Positions 62,831 through 64,000 of a stretch of DNA of 64,000 nucleotides are shown here, piece after piece. The notes under the pieces are model-generated. The model saw only the letters and a program-made list of their open reading frames with translations. It did not search any database and was not told the origin of the DNA. This DNA is from Glaucostegus cemiculus (taxonomy: Eukaryota): the NCBI GenBank assembly GCA_976551045.1, contig CDPCPM010000048.1, forward strand, positions 2,914,001 through 2,978,000, written 5' to 3'. Numbering within the stretch: position 1 is the first letter of the stretch; each line of letters begins with the position of its first letter. Both the position numbers and the translations under genes were made by a program.

Positions 62831-62982
62831 CTTCGGGCAGTGTGAGGATCATCTGCTTTAAACACATAGAACAGTGTTCTTTTATGAAACAACTGAAAGA
62901 TCACTTTGAGTTCTGAAAGGTCATCTTGCACTTCTGAAACTGTGAATCCAAGTAATGGTTGGCTCTCCAAAGCGGCCACATC
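62831..62982 (-). CDS. FGD6: FGD6 penultimate coding exon (C-terminal PH domain), 152 nt
   Basis: Minus strand reads ...ccaaaaaaag|GATGTGGCC...GCCCGAAG|gtgagt. Translation DVAALESQPLLGFTVSEVQDDLSELKVIFQLFHKRTLFYVFKADDPHTAR(R) closely matches human FGD6 as recalled (DVAALESQPLLGFTVIQVKDENSESKVFQLLHKNMLFYVFKAEDAHSAQK) and matches FGD5 less well. Canonical AG/GT ends. Confidence 0.9.
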
Positions 62983-64000
62983 CTTTTTTTGGAAAAATAC
63001 ACCAGAAATAAAGCTTTATAGAACATTCAATGCGTCAGATGCATTAAATAACATTAATATTTGCTGTAACTAATCGAAGCTTTTGTCTTTGTGGACTATA
63101 AAGGAGCATGCATGGAATTCTAAATCCATAAAAGACAACAGTGATAATAAAACTGATTCTGACTCTAAGTCCACATTTCACTTTCATTTCTAGAGCAAAT
63201 GACACCAACACATTTGATCTAATAATGCACACCAATAAAGGTGCAGCCTTTAACTGTTCTAGTAAGGTGAGGTTGCAAGGCTTAGCACCTCACAGTCAGA
63301 CAGCCAACCTGCACCAGATATTTTCCTATATTTTTATATATTTCAAACTCTGGAGAGAAGTTAATATGTGATCCCTTCAGGGCTTTGCCCTCTACATTTC
63401 TGCCCATCCCTCTTTGACTTGTTGGAATAAAATGCAACAAATAATAGGGAACCACCAATATGTTCTCATCTCCAAATGCTGGAGCCTCACCAACCACTGA
63501 GCAATACAAATGTACTAGATCTCTACCTTCACCTGTCAAGACACATTACTAGATCTACACAAACCATTTAAAGAGTTCATAGCAATGCCACTAAGGGAAT
63601 GGAACTAGCATGAAAGCTTCTAATCGAAATACAATTTGAATATCTGAAGTGGAAGCAGGCTTTTCCCACCTGTCCAGTACAAGAATGAAGAGATAGAAAT
63701 TGCTCACTGGACATGCAGGTTCCTGAAATATATTGTTAATTGTCGTAGACCACACTGCGGATGTTGCATGAATTGTCAAGATAACCTATCAGTTTTTGTA
63801 AGGTTAAAAAATATTGTGTTGTTACCTTTTGTATAACTTTATTACAGGAACAAAGTTAACACACTTTCTTACTACTGACACAACTTCTATTTATATAGCA
63901 CTTTAAACACATCAAAATATTTGAAGGTGGCTCTTAGGAGAGGGGAATGTTAGGAAAGGGATTGAGGAAATAAATTACAAACTTCAGAACCTTGGCAACA

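Noticed and set aside
62831-62855. Apparent 22-25 nt NAGNAG micro-exon
   Set aside because: It is the 3' end of the 152-nt FGD6 exon.
63600-63790. Candidate upstream FGD6 exon
   Set aside because: No frame gives the expected WFVIKNKVLYTYAASE-like sequence. That exon probably lies beyond the window.
1-64000. Novel multi-gene or prokaryotic-type system
   Set aside because: No intact unexplained long ORF, operon, array or viral gene was seen. The content is explained by two known genes plus decayed transposons.

Overview
Vertebrate genomic DNA, not prokaryotic. The repeat content (V-SINEs, Deu-core SINEs, CR1/L2/RTE/Rex LINEs, Penelope-like elements) suggests a cartilaginous fish, probably a ray or sawfish; this is inference. 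Two genes lie in tandem on the minus strand. (1) The 3' end of FGD6: penultimate exon 62831-62982 and last coding exon 60072-60108, encoding the C-terminal PH domain, with the 3'UTR running leftwards. (2) The 5' end of the orphan nuclear receptor NR2C1/TR2: a CpG-island promoter at about 39950-41300, a non-coding exon 1 ending at 40798, a roughly 34.5 kb repeat-rich intron 1, and exon 2 (6259-6337) encoding MANSMEELAQQIVEAQMGE. The same FGD6-NR2C1 order is found in mammals. Gene identifications rest on recalled protein sequences, not a database search. Nearly all ORFs in the supplied track are spurious or transposon remnants. I found no CRISPR array or clearly new multi-gene system. The most interesting signals are a composite DR1/IR0/IR7 nuclear-receptor element at the NR2C1 start, uORFs overlapping the NR2C1 start codon, an RTE LINE with twin-priming-like inversion geometry, and Penelope-type terminal repeats with decayed minimal hammerhead cores. 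Repeat boundaries were read by eye and are approximate.
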